Part shown: positions 49,417 through 62,980 of the stretch, piece after piece
Layout: every line of letters starts with the position of its first letter
Position numbering within the stretch: the stretch's first letter is position 1
Assembly: GCA_051294375.1 (NCBI GenBank)
Contig: CM119265.1
Span: 1,790,280-1,854,279 of the forward strand
Direction: 5' to 3'
DNA from: Paraspadella gotoi
Taxonomy: Eukaryota > Animalia > Chaetognatha
Length of the DNA: 64,000 nucleotides
Program-made: the position numbers and the translations under genes
The notes under the pieces: generated by a model
What the model was told of the DNA's origin: nothing
The model's input: only the letters and a program-made list of their open reading frames with translations
Database searches by the model: none

Positions 49417-52400
49417 TCAGTCGAACCAGAGGCGGCAACGATCGACGGCCTTGACCCATCGATCGTAGTCTCCCCTCGCCCTCACGCGGAAAGGCTCGTC
49501 GCGAGGCTGGAGGAGTCGACGAGTCGAACTAAGACTTCGCAGCTCCGCCGTATCCTTAAAAACGATGTGGCGTTAGTGATAATAATTATTACAAAATATA
49601 CCAGAGTTGAATTTAACCACAAGTTGACATGGGCACGGTAGGGAAGTCAAATAAGTACAATATGGAAAAAAAAAAAAAAAGAATTATTAAGATGGTTTCT
49701 TAAGGTCACATAATATTTGACGATCACTTTCCATCCCTCTTAAAATTAAAGCCCCTTTTTCTCCATCCCCCCTCCCATTTATTAGGTACCTTCCACACCC
49801 CGGCGGCGAGGCCCGAGAGAAACGCGGCCCCCAAAGCGGTAGACTCGTCGAAAGCGGGGAACTCAAGGGTCTTCCCCGTCAAATCGGCGATGAGCTGCAT
49901 GACGAAGTCGTTGCGAGAGACGCCGCCGTCGACGGGGATGGATGAGAGGCTGCAAAAGGAGTGGGTCGTGGTCAAAAATGCAGGGATGCGGGGAAAGAAG
50001 TGGGTGGGTCGTGATTAGAAATGTAAGCGTGTGGAGAAAGTTGTTCTAGTTATAAACCAAAACAAAACAAAACTAAAGGTCATTCAAAATACTGCAATAT
50101 GCAAATGAGATTAAAACCAATCTAATTACACATATGATTATATATATTCTTTAGATTAACACTTTCGAGACTCAAAAGGGAGACTAACTTGGAAGTGTCG
50201 ACTTCTTCCTCCTCCAAAGCGGCGACGTAGATGTGATAGAATCTGAAGAGAATCGAAGGAGATGCATTTAAGTACTTAAACTTTCTGACTTTAAACAAGT
50301 AGACATTTTCGTTAATCATTCCGAACTCTCTCATCGCAATCCACCCCCTTTTCTCACTTAAAGGCCAAGGCCTCGAGCAGCGCGCGAACGATGTGAGCTT
50401 TCGTCGTCTTCACCGTGACGCCGAAAAAAGCCGTGCAGGCCTTTGGGTCTTTCACCGGAGCCTGGATGAGGAGACGAAAGAGAGAGAGAGAGAGATAGAG
50501 AGAGAGAGAATGAGACAAATGAGGACCTCACCTGAATCTCAAGTGACTTACCTGCAGCCCTGAAAAGGCGGGAACAAAACAGACTCCGCCGGCGTCGTCG
50601 ACGGAAGCGGCGACGTCGGCCGATGCTTCCGGCGAATCGAGGAGACCCGCGCCGGTCGCCCACTTGAGCGCCGTCGCCGTCTCGAAGGCCGCGCCCTCCG
50701 CCAAATAGACGACGTCGGCGCCGATTTTCCAACCTTCGGGGGCGTTAGGAGTGGGGGGAGATGAGCGGCGCCATTCATCGTTAGGAAGAGTGGGGGGGAG
50801 ATGAGCGGCGCCATTCATCGTAAGGAGGAGTGGGGGGAGATGAGCGGCGCCATTCATCGTTAGGAGGAGTGGGGGAGAGATGAGCGGAGCCATTCATCCA
50901 AATCATCGATATCCATCTATCAATATTCATTTCTATTCAACATTCATCTCTATTCACATTCATCTCTATTCAACATTCATCTCTATCTCGATATCCATCT
51001 ATCAATATTCATCTCTAATCAACATTCATCTCTAATCAACATTCATCTCTAATCAAAATGCATCCTTTTTTCCATCTCTTATTCAACCTATCACAGGATA
51101 GAGTCCGTCCTTGGTGGCCAGCGCCCGATCTCCCGTATTAACGTCGATAAAACTTCCGGTGCCGAAAGTCGCCTTCACGGCGCCTGGTTCGAACGCGAAC
51201 TGACCGAAGGTCGCCGCCTGTTGGTCGCCTGACGCGAACGGATGCAACGGAGGAAAGGGGAGACAGGTTCCGGCAGAGGCGCCTTTTTTTTCTCATCTAT
51301 TGTAATTCCTACCGACAACCGCGGTGACGGGAATAGCGGCTCCGAGCGCCTCCGGTTCGGACAGGAAAAGTCGGCCGGAGGTGTCGCAAAATCCGGGCAA
51401 GATGGAGCGGGGGATACCAAGGAAGTAGAGTATTTGAGAACTGAGGAAAATTTAAAAAAAAGGTTAAACAAGTCCAGGCCCTTACCCTTAGTCGAGATTA
51501 AAGAACTAAAAAAGGCCAGGCCCTTGCCTGTAGTCGAGATTAAAGGAATCGAAGAGACCCGTGACGCAGACGTTGGAGAAGTCGGTCAAGTGAGCTTTGC
51601 CTCCCGACAATTTCCAAAGAAGAAAAGTGTCGATGCAACCGAATCGCGCCTTCCCGTCGCTGGATAAACATTAAACAATAAAAGATTACTACAAATAAAA
51701 GTAGCGCCTTCAGCCTTCAGCTTCGAGTCTAAGCGACCCTAATCCTTCAGTAACGACCCTTGACCAATCCCACAAAACCTGATGCCAGACGCCAACTCCG
51801 GGCAACGATCGATTATCCATTTAAGTCTGACGCTGGCGAGGCGAAAGTCAAAGTCGAGATTAGAAGCGAAGAGGAGTTTGCGACGACGAGTCAAGAGATA
51901 GGCAAAGTAGGCGATCCATTGGAAGGACTCGAGGGGAGAATAAAGAATGAACGATGAGAATGAGGATAAAAGGACAGAATCAATTTTAAGTAATGTAGAA
52001 AGAAAAACGAAAATTTGGTTTTTCGTTTTTCTTTCCGCTAATAAATTCTCACAACGAAACGAAAGGAATAATACACTAAGTTATGTAGATAAATATTCGT
52101 CCAGTCCTCACATTATAGAAAAAAATTGAAATAGCAATGAGAGAAAATAGCTTTTTGCTGCCCGCTTACACGTCTTATCATTCAATTACTAATTAAAGGA
52201 AAGAACACCTCAGCACTCCCCCTATTGCTATACCTATCGCTAACTATCCCCCATCTCGCCACTCCACTCTGCTCACTCTAAAAAGATAAGACTCGTTGCA
52301 GGTTTGGGCCAAATCGGCCGCTCGATTGTCCGTCCACAGGATAAAGTTGTGATAAGGTTTTCCCGAATCCGCGTCCCAAGTGGTGAAAGAGTTGCGCAGA

Positions 52401-53110
52401 GTGGAGATGCCGAGCGAAGTCACGTCCGAGGGGGAAATCTGAAGACGATAAAGACAATCGGGATTTTTGAGAATCCCGTCTTCGTCGACATCGCGATCAC
52501 AACAACAACGACAAACCTGTGCGTCGTCGACGGCTTCCTGAAAAACGCTTTGGAACTGACGCCAGAGCGCCTCTGGCTCGATCTCGGCGCGATTCGGCGC
52601 CGGACGGAGGACGGAAATCGGCGAAGAGGATTTGCCGACGACGCGAGCCGAGGCGTCGAAAATGAAGCACTTCAACATGGAGGTGCCTTTTAAGGAGGTC
52701 GGGGTAGATGTTGGAGGTTTGAATCAAGTGAATGCAGCACGCGCACCTTCCAACCCAAAGAAAACGCGTTCGCGTTCATCTGATTTATTCAAGGACAGAT
52801 CCGTCTGATCCACCAAAACGTGGCGGACTAGTCGGAGACGAAGTTCTAAAACTTCTGATTGCTACTTCTACAACTATAGCAACTTGATGCTAGAGATTTA
52901 CCTAGAGAGAGAAACGAAATGTTGTGGACAATGTAATGACAATGACAATGTAATGATTACAATTCCAGTCAACCACTTACCAACATCTACAGCGGCAACG
53001 AAAGGCGTCGTCGCCGCCGCTGCGTCTCCGCCGCCGCCAACGCTGATTTGGACGACGCCGCCGCCGCCGCGACGCCGCAAGCCATCGCCCTCCGCGTCGC
53101 TACCGCCCAT
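49417..53110 (-). CDS. GK5: Putative glycerol kinase 5 (FGGY family), about 12 exons
   Basis: AVDVGTS; [23 protein letters not shown]; FGCIDTFLL; GDQQAATFG; [11 protein letters not shown]; [18 protein letters not shown]; includes the GK5-type insert [12 protein letters not shown]. Confidence 0.88.
50745..50899. repeat. About 40-bp minisatellite x4, followed by ~17-bp (ATTCATCTCTAATCAAC) repeats to about 51056
   Basis: GGAGTGGGGGGAGATGAGCGGCGCCATTCATCGTTAGGA units inside a GK5 intron. Confidence 0.9.
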
Positions 53111-53185
53111 CTCTCTGTCTCACTCTTTCACTTTGTCCCACTCTCTTACTAAGTCGAGCTCGCATTTAAAACTTTTCACAAGGCC

Positions 53186-53195
53186 NNNNNNNNNN
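53186..53195. other. Assembly gap (10 N)
   Basis: Run of N. Confidence 1.
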
Positions 53196-53588
53196 TTTTT
53201 TTTCATTTACTTCAACTTTATTTTTTCAGGTTTTTTTTATTCATTTCTGTAAATTCATTTTCATTTTTGTTCATTGGTTGTTTTTTTTTTGTTTTGATAT
53301 TCGCTCAAAAAAAATAGAGAGATCGTCCTTTGAGTTGGAAGAGAGATCTCCTCTCTGAAACCAGATTCCTATTTCTTCTTTTTACTAAATTCCAATTTTC
53401 TGTAAATGTATAAATTAAGGCTAATAATTGTTATAATTGCAAAGAATAGCAACGAATTATCATCTAGTAATGCGATTCAACTGAATCCGGACTTTTCGGG
53501 GAGAGAGAGAGAGAGAGAGAGACGAGATGAGAGAGAGAGAGAAAGAGAGGAGAAAGAGAGAGAAGAGAGAGAGAGAGAAGAGAGAGAG

Positions 53589-53630
<42 letters not shown>

Positions 53631-54018
53631 ATAAACGCCGTGGTCAGAGAATAAGCGGTGACCAAAAACTAGACGCTAAACTAAATCGAATGACTTGTTT
53701 TCTCGTCAAGACAATTTGTTTTCTTGTTAGGATTTTTTTTTTCTCCCAAAGGAATAATCATCCGAGGGTTGGAAAACCCCAAAAAATAGTTTTTACCGAC
53801 TTGTTAATTGATCTCTTTAATTTTCATCGGTTTCTTTTTAATTTACTAAAGGACGGAAAGAGCCCCATCCCGCCCAAACAAATAATTTAGAATTGAACCA
53901 GAACCGCCCAAACAAAAACCAAAACAATTCGAAAATTCCTAAATAAATCCGTAACAAGATTTTAAATCATTAAATTCTAATAATAAAATTGTTTTCCTAA
54001 TCAGCCGCCGCAGCCGCC

Positions 54019-55817
54019 TCACTTTTTCCTCCTCTTCTTCTTCTCCGCCGCGGCTGCCGCTGCCGCAGCCTTCCTCCTCGCCGCTTTCCTCTTCGCCTCC
54101 TCCTCCTCCCGCCGAATGTCCTCCAAATCTTCCTTCAGCCCCAATTTGGCCGAAATTCGCTCTTCCTTCATCAGCGAAGAGAAGTTGGTCTCCATGTTGT
54201 CGTCGTCAGAGTCGTCCGCCACGTGGCGGTATCTAGGAGGAGGGAAGGGGAAAAGGGCGGAAGAGAAAGGAAGGGAGGAAGAGAAAGGAAAGGGAGGAAG
54301 AGAAAGGAAAGGAGGAAAGAAAGAGGGGATGGCAGAAGGGATAGGGGAAAGAGAAAAGAAAAAGGAAATGGGGGAAAAAAAAGAGATGGATAAAATAAAT
54401 ACAAGATAAAAAGGAAATTTAAGGAAACAAAAGGAAACAAAGGAAGAAACTGGTAATAAATGAAAAAGAGACGAGAGATTATAGCAGTAATTTAAATAAT
54501 TAAATTATTTATTATTTAAAACCTTCAGGTCAATAGAATTAAAAATTTATCAAAACTTAATCAGAACACGACAATATGCAAATGAGATTGAAGAACTCGA
54601 TCTCATTCAAAATGATTTACAAATTAATCTGCTGCTAGAAAGAAGGGTGAAAGTTTTAAAAAAGAATTTTTTACTTCGCCCCAAAAACGCTAACTCTCTC
54701 ACTCTCTCACTCTCACTCTCTCTCTATCCCACTTGAATCCTTACTTGGACTTATCGTATCCGAAAATCTCCTTAATCGCGGAGGAGTAATCATTGGCTTC
54801 TCCGTCTCCGTCGTCGATGAAGTCGTCCATTTCGCTGTCGTATTCGTCGTCGCTTTCGATTCGTCGTTTGTTATTATTTTTACTATTTTTTTGTCGTTGT
54901 TGTTGTTGTTTTTTAGACGATTTCATCAGGGCGTCCCAACGCGCGGCTCCGTCTTCCGCTTGGCGTCGCGGAGGTTCCGGTTGGCGCCGCGGAGGTTCCG
55001 GTTGGCGTTTTGAAGATTCGATCGATTCTGGAATTAAGACAAGAGTTGATGGAACTCGAAGTTCGTTAAACTGATACATCAAGTGAAATATTATACCACT
55101 TCGTTGATAATGAAGCCAGGTTCTCTGGGAATGAATAAACTAGACTGTGAAAGAGTCTTGGTTGAAAGCTTGTGATTATCCTGTAAGAGTGATGGAGGCT
55201 TTTAACCACCAAAGCCTGTCCAATTTTTATTTTGGTTTTACCAATTTCATAAAAATTATCTATTCATTAACTCCCAGAATATCTAGCTTCCCTATCAATG
55301 CAATCCTGTTGCAATTCTACTTCAAAAACTCACTTTTAGCGCTTTTCTCTTTTTCCGATGACATTTTTCCAACGTCTTTAACTGGCGTAGTTTTGCCAGT
55401 TTTTGTCGGCGGCGGCGTTTTTCCCGCCGGCGCCGCCGAACCCGCAGAGGGAATGTGCCTCGGCGCGTCGGCCGGCCACTTGGCTGCGGCGGCGGATCGA
55501 TTCTTGGCGCCGGCTCCGCCCTTTTTCGATGCCGCTTCCGGCTGCGGAGATTCGGGTCGGCTGCGCCGCTGCAACTCCTGACGCTGACGCTTCTCGTGGA
55601 AAGACTTGGGTCCGGGTTTGGTTTTCTCTTTGGCGGCGGAGGGAGCGGCGGAAGGGGCGGCGGCGGCGGCGAGTTCTTTCTCGATCAAATCTCGACCGGA
55701 GATCGGGGGCTTTTTCGAGGAGGAAGAAGAGGAAGCGCTCGGCTTGGGAGACGAAACTGAGGTTTCTTTGGTTTTGAGCTGAGCCAGTCTCATGAGAGAC
55801 GCGAAATCCATTGGGCC

Positions 55818-55863
<46 letters not shown>

Positions 55864-57184
55864 AGAAGAATAAATATTTTTAAAACCACGTCTCCTCATT
55901 TGCAAGCCTCACCCAAAATCCTTACCCGTCGGCTGCGCAGAATCTTTCTTTGTCTTCCCCTCCGCTTTTCTCTTCTTCCTCCTTTCCTCCTCCTCCTCTT
56001 CTTCCTCATCCTCCTCTTCCTCTTCCCGCTCACGACCGCCTTCCTGAACTCGCTTCATGAACTCCTTGTGATTCCTGGCGGCGTCGGCGGAGGCGTATTT
56101 GCTAGAGTTTTCTGACGACGGTTTCTCCGTGGAGGATGGTTTGGAGGAACTGAACCAGAATGAAAGAATACGCAAAATTACGCAAAATAGGAAGTATTTT
56201 AACCAAAACATTGTTATTCGTCGTCATTAAAGTTTAACGCTAGAGAGAGGAATATTAAAACATTTTTTGATTTAAGGTTAACTCTTTCTCAACTTTTTTT
56301 CAAAAAAAAACTTTACCCGTTGTCATCTATTTTGTCATTGTTGTCGCCCGTCCTCGGAATCCTAAACTTCTTGGGCTTCGACTGAGCAAGAAATTCCTCC
56401 CGCTTTCGTTTTTCTTCTTCCTCCTTCGCTCGTTTATCTGCCTCTTGTTTGTCCAGGAAAGCCTGAGAGAAGAAGTCGGGCATCGAAATGAGATGAATGA
56501 TGAAAGAATGAAAGAATGAATGATGAATGAAAGCCACGAACCAATCAATGAAAAGCACGAATTGAATCATTAAACCATTAAATTATGTGTAGTTGTAAGT
56601 TGAAACGAAAAGACATATTGGTTGCTCCAGATTTCAGCTTCAAGGAAATTCTTTTAATTACGATTCTTTGGCCACTCATGGCCACTCGCTCTCTCCCGGA
56701 CTCTCAGGAAACCCGGGAAACACTTCTGCCGACTGTAATCCATAAAAGCCAACTCCCAAAAATGTACATAATATCCTTTAAAATATTCTCGAGTCGCTGC
56801 ATTTCGTTCCTTGACAATTAGTATAAAATATCGTGAGTCAAGAACTAATAGAAGCTTTCCACTCACCAATCGCCACTAACCACTCACCATTCACAACTAA
56901 CCCACTCACAGTGAATTTGGCCGAGCTTATTCCATCCTATTGTATTACTTGACCCAAGTTTCTCAATGCCACACAACATAAATATTACATAAAACTTTTT
57001 CGATCCTCGGATCTCGAATCTCGACCTGAACGGCGGCGGAGCGAGGACCCGTCTTCGGCTTCTTCTTAAGCCTCTTGGGCGGTGGAAGGTCCGCCGAGTA
57101 TCCTCTCTGTTTGGCGGCGTTGATTTCGGCGACGCGGGAGGCCGCCACCGCCGCCGCCTCGTACATTAAAGAGTCGAAGTCCAT
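54019..57184 (-). CDS. SPTY2D1: SPT2 histone chaperone homolog (about 6 exons)
   Basis: N-terminal MDF..YSADLPPPK..SAAVQAFL; C-terminal EYDSEMDDFIDD..IKEIFGYD..MET..KEERISAKLGLKEDLED. Confidence 0.88.
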
Positions 57185-57869
57185 CCTCTTGGCGGATAGA
57201 GGAGGAGGAGGAGGAGGAAGAGGATGAGGCGACGCCGAAAAAGGAAAGCTTAGAACGAAGGGCGACAGAACCGATCGTGGAAGCCGAAGCGTTTCCTGGC
57301 GTCAACTCGTACAAGTCAAAGGCTTAACCGATTTCTTTGAGGATTAATTTTATTTTTTGCTCTTAATACATCGTTTGTTCAATTGATATGGATTCAATTT
57401 TCCTTTTTTCAACTTGAAAAGAACGACGTAATCTTCAAATCTTTAATCTACGAAAAAAAAAAATAAAACCAAGAGAAAATTTTAATAAATGGATTGAATA
57501 TTTTCAATTTCATTGCCGACACCAGCGAGAGTTGACAAGTATAATCAACAATAATAACTAAAAATCAACGAGACCCAAATTAACATCACATTAATTATCT
57601 AACGCAATACTTAAACTTGTATTATTATTATCTAAAATAAATTCGGACGAAAAATTAATGGAAAAACATTTTCACCCAAAACGAGCGAGAGTCGGTTTCA
57701 CAAAGAGTCAAAAAGTCGATTTCACGTAAAACTGGGAATCACAAGCAAAGAGCAGTCAAGTCTAAAGGAAAGAAAAAATACGAGGGGATATCACACCACC
57801 GGCCCTCCCCCACACACCCACAAAACCTCACCCCCACATCCCAAACCCGCCTTCAATCTCTCCACGACT

Positions 57870-60800
57870 TCACAGGTACCACAAAACGTCCTGCTGCCCG
57901 TCGCTCGGCGCGCGGAGAAGATTCTGGTTCACCATGAAAGCAAGCTTGTGAGCGTACTGGCAAGGGGCGGGCACTCGGATGGCCCCTGCCCAGTTGTAAT
58001 AAAGGTGGCAGAGCTTGTAGGCCAAAGCCTGCTGTCGGTCGAGGCTCCAGCCCGATGAGTCGTGTATGACGTTGTAATGAGTTGGGGAGACGGTGCCCTG
58101 ATTGGTCGCTTGGGAAACGATGTAAAAGTCGTGCATCTCCGACTTGTGTTTAGTGATGGTCGTATCCACGACTGCGGGGAGAAAAAAAGGAAATCGGGGA
58201 AATTAAATCTCTCTCTCTCTCTCTCTCCTCTCTCTCCTCTCTTTCCTCTCACCGGATCCCGGCGGAGGGTTATGGAATCTCATGTTCTCTCTCTTAGGAT
58301 CTCCGACTCCGAGAAAGAATCGGGCGGGGACGCGTTTTGTGACGACGATGACGGTCAGCTTGGGCATGTATCCCCGCTCCATGTCTTCGAAGGCCTTGAT
58401 GTATTCGGAGACTTCGTTCTGGTGGACGTGACGGAGTTGACCGTCGCCGACGCCGTCGCGGTAGAGGACGACTCGCTCGGGGAGAACCTTGTTGTGCTTC
58501 CTGTAGTTCTCCAGCGCGAGACGCATGGCGCGGCGTAGGGATGACTCGAGAGACTCTTCCGGCGATTGACGGATGTGGCGACTAAAAGGATAAAAAATAA
58601 TCAAGGATATAGGAGGGGGGGCAAACAAAACAAACAAAGACAACAACAACCATCGTATATCCCACTAACCTAAACCACTGCGTTGCTTGATGGTCGTAGG
58701 AAGCGACGAAGGCCCCGCTGACCTTCTTCGATCTCCCCTCGGACAACTTGGCGTCTTGAAAAGTGTCCACGCCGACGACCATGAGGACGCCCGGCCTTTT
58801 GATCGGAATATCCGCGTTCCAGAGAGACCCGCGCAGCTTGCAGTTCATCTGGGAGGCGACAGTCGGTCGATCGAATAATCATGATAATGTTTAAAATACT
58901 GGGAATTTTGGGACTGACCTGCATCAAGACTTTGGTGGCGACGGAGCGAAGGATCTTCTCTTTGCCGATGGTGCGGGCGAGGACGTTCTGCGACGGAAGG
59001 GCGCGGTCGCAGCAGACGAGCCGCTTGATGGCGTCGTAGCGATCCTTGCGGTCGTCGGGCAAAACGGAGAGAATGAGTTGACACTTGGCGTCGCATTCCT
59101 CGCGAATTCCTGCCACGTATTCGGCGCCGCCCACTCGGTCGAGCGGAAAGAAACTGAGGCGGAGAGGGGGGGGATAAGTTGAACCCCCCCACGTCTACAA
59201 TCGTCCACAATCGTTCACAATCTCTTCCCACAATCACCGTGGTTGAGAGACTTCCATCCCGACGCGACGTCCGACGCTGATGAGTTCATTGACGAATCGC
59301 GTCGCCTCCGAGGAACAGCGCGTCGGCGTCAACACCAACCAATCGCGAAGAGGAGAGGCGTGGTTCCATCGCCCGTCGGTCAGATTACGACTCCAATCCG
59401 CCTGATCTTGTCTGTCAAAGAGAGAGAGAGAGGGGAGAGGGACCGGTGGACAAAGACATTTGTAGTTTAAATTACGCGCATTACTATTTCTCTACGGAGT
59501 CCGCCTAATTCTATTCCTCTCCACTTCTCTTCTATCCTCTCCTCTTCTATCCTCTCCTCTTCTCTTCTATCCTCTCCTCTTCTATCCTATTGCCTCTCTC
59601 TTCTATTCCTTCCTCTCCTCTTCTATCCTTTCCTCTTCTATCCTTTCCCCTTCTATCCTTTCCTCTTCTATCCCTTCCTCTTCTATCCACCCACTCCTTT
59701 CCTCTTCTATCCTTTCCTCTCCTCTTCTATCCTTTCCTCTCCTCTTCTATCCTTTCCTCTCCTCTTCTATCCTTTCCTCTCCTCTTCTATCCTTTCCTCT
59801 TCCTCTTCTATCTTTTCCTCTCTCTCTGTCCAACGAGATCGCACCTGTAAGCGACCGGGCGATCGCCGAGAAATATCTTGGTGGGCGGGAGTTGCCTTCC
59901 GTTCCTGATGGGCAGCGGGATTTCGGCGAATCTCAATCCGATCTTGTTCAATTCGGATCTTGCTTCAGGCTGCTGCTGCAGATTCCTCACTTGCTTCTGG
60001 ACAATCTCCATGCGTTGGCTCGGACCGTAGCGCGTTTGAGAGGCCACGTCGCGCATGACCACCGCGTCCTTTGTTGCGTCAAGAATTCTTAAGATTGTTT
60101 CGTTTTATTTCGTTTCGTTTTCCGTTTTCGTACCTGACGCATGTTGCCGAGACCCGTGAGGAAGCAGAGGCTAGTGGGCAAAAGGATGGAGTCTCCCAAG
60201 ATGCCCCTCACTTGCTGGGTTCGCTTCTCCTTGGGCTTGAGGCGGTGCTCCAGCAGGCACTCGCGGGGATCCAGTTGGATGTGGTACTGGTTCTCGAAGT
60301 ATTCGCGGTAGGACAACTTGCTACCGTCGGCCTGAGAGAAGTGGAGAGGGAGGATGAATTAAAGATAAAGAGATAAAGATATAAAGAGATAAGGAGATAA
60401 AGATAGCGAAAAAGGAAGAAGAAAACGAAGAAAAAGAAAGAGCCGAATGGTTAAGCAACGCGACCGTGACCCTTACCTTTTCGAATTCAGAATCGGGCGA
60501 CTTGTCGAAGCTGATCCCGTCGACGCGGTAAGTCTTGTTGTTGTGCTTGCAGAGAACAGTCTCGCCCACGATCTCCTTTACTGCTTTCTCCTGCGCCTTT
60601 TGAGGACCCATCTCTTCCACCCAGGACAACATCTGTTGCCAAACTGAAATCGGCTTCATCACCTGGCAACGAGTAAAAGGGAGCGAGGAATGGGGACATT
60701 AGTATCTCTTACTCTCCTTAACCATCTGGGTGATTATCTTTACTTGGGATAGGAAGAGAAGAGAAGAGAAGACAATAGAGAAGGGAAGATAATAAAAGAT

Positions 60801-61273
60801 TAACCTTGCTGATGGGATCGAGGCAGAGAACGAGGCCGTCGTCTCGCTGATCGATGCAGCTCGTGAACCCGGGCCAAATTTGGATCTTGGAATCGAAGCG
60901 CGGTGATGGGGGGGGGGGAAATTAGAAAGAAATTAATATAAATGAAAAAAGATAAAGAGACGGAGGACGAAACCCTGCGGTTTTCCCCCAACCTTGTACT
61001 TGGGCACGTCCAAGCTGAGGTTGGGATTGAAGTAGTGTCTCCCAATCTGCACGAGGCCGCACTTGGATTGAGAATCGCGGAAGAGACGATTGTAGACCTG
61101 TTTATTTAATTAAATTATTTAATTAAATTATTAAATTAAATTAGACTTGGACTGAGAGATTGAAGAGACGATTGAAGACCTGTTTGCTGGTCGGACTCAG
61201 AGTGTCGAGCGTCGAAGTGTAGCGGATCGTGATGGTCACCTCTTCGCCTGGGTATGAGAAGATGAGAGCGTAA

Positions 61274-61326
<53 letters not shown>

Positions 61327-62980
61327 ACCGGATCGAGTCGTCGCCATGACGCAGATCTCCCTCCTTCCGCCTCGAATCTTGTCAGGACTGAAAAGGACGG
61401 CTCCGTCGAAGATAAACCTGAGTCCACGAAAGAAATAAATCTTTAATAAATCATTTATAAATCTAAATTTCTATAAATCTCCTTTATTCTACTTACATCT
61501 GCATATTTTTTACCATAAATCTCCTTAAATGCAAAAAAAAAAAAAACCCACCGATTACATTATATAAATCTACAAAAAAGTACTTAAATCTTAAAGCCTC
61601 TCTTTCCCCCCATTCACTCGACCCAACCCCCCCTTCTCAATCACCAAACTAACCTCGGCTCCAGCTCCACCCTCTCCACGATGGCGTTCCAGTTAGCCTC
61701 AACCAATCCAAGTCTCTCCTTCTTGTTGTCCTGTACGGGTTTGAAGTCGACGTGATATTGGAAGAGCTGGAGTCGCTGCCCGCCTCCGTCCCGCTCCACC
61801 GCAAAGGCGTTGGCGAAGAGCTGGAGCGGTCGTGACGGCGGCGCTTGAGCCGTGTAAGAGGAGACGGTGGAAAGGACCGAGGTGGCGTCGCCGGCGGCGG
61901 CGCGTCGAGCGGCGACGGGACGAGTATCGACGGTTTCGTAGAGAAGCATCTCGCGACGATTTTCCTATTTTTTAAAAAACAAATTATAATAAAAACCCGA
62001 CCGTCCGACTGACCGACTGGACTCGTACCCTACTGTATCCCCCGAAGATGTAAGGCCGAGGCTCCTCCGCCCCCAACGTTTGGCGCCGGGGTGGGGTCTC
62101 CGCCGTCGCCCCCATGTCATCGCCGCCTCCTGTTTTACAAAAAGCAAATAAGAACGACGGATTACGACGAAAGTTTATGTCCAACAGGTGATGACCATTG
62201 GTCACTGTAGGTCCAAAGCCCTGAGCGCCAGATGTCGAGAGAAGGCTAACACCCCTGATATTACACCTGTCCCCCCGTTGCTATAATTGCTTATTTATAT
62301 CAACGGAATGGACCTATAAACGGACTTGGTTGGACTAGTGATGTGATTGCTCGTCTCCTTCACGAATCATCATAATGCCGACGATTTACAGACCTTACTT
62401 CAACCTTAAAATGACCAATGACCGACAGAGGAACCGACGGAGGGATTGATGGTCAAAATTGCTAAGAGAACTAAGCATTCTTCCCAACATCCAAACTCAA
62501 GAAAGAACTCTTCTTCAAATAATCATTAAATTGTTTACATTGTCATCACATTTGTCTTAACCTTTGTCATCGTGTCATCGTTACCTATGTCATCACCCTA
62601 ATAATTGTCCGTCATTAATAAAACTATTGTCAACGATATTTACCGTCATATTACAATAACAAGTATGTACAATGTTTAATTTAAATCCAACACGACTTAC
62701 CGCCTAGAGACATTCTCGCCATCGACGGAACGAGTCCCGCGTCCGATCCGACGGTCGTTCCTTCGCAGCCGATCGGAGAACGCCGCACGCCCGCGTTACC
62801 CGAGGATCCCGTAGAGGGCAAAGAAACAACGGCGCCGCCGCCCGGGATGCGCGGTGAAAATACCGGTTGGCGTAGAGCGCCGCGAGAGATGGAACCCGGA
62901 GGCGTGGCCTCGTCGACGGTGGCGAGACGGGCGCGACCGCGAGCGCGTCCGCGGCATCGAGATTTCGAAGTTTCCGACAT
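57870..62980 (-). CDS. piwi: Piwi-clade Argonaute (N-terminal RG motif, PAZ, MID, PIWI), about 13 exons
   Basis: GRARGRAR N-terminus; [10 protein letters not shown]; RKDRYDAIK; QMNCKLRG; [46 protein letters not shown] and terminal LWYL. Confidence 0.95.
59510..59828. repeat. CCTCTTCTAT-type low-complexity tandem repeat in a Piwi intron
   Basis: Repeated CCTTTCCTCTTCTAT units. Confidence 0.85.
62188..62285 (+). mobile_element. SINE-like family A, 3' fragment (Piwi intron 1)
   Basis: GGTCACTGTAGGTCCAAAGCCCTGAGCGCCAG...CCGTTGC matches the 3' half of copies 1 and 2. Confidence 0.75.

Noticed and set aside
57870-58790. Catalytically dead Piwi
   Set aside because: The catalytic Asp (VGVD), Asp (YRDG) and His (AHKL) positions are present.
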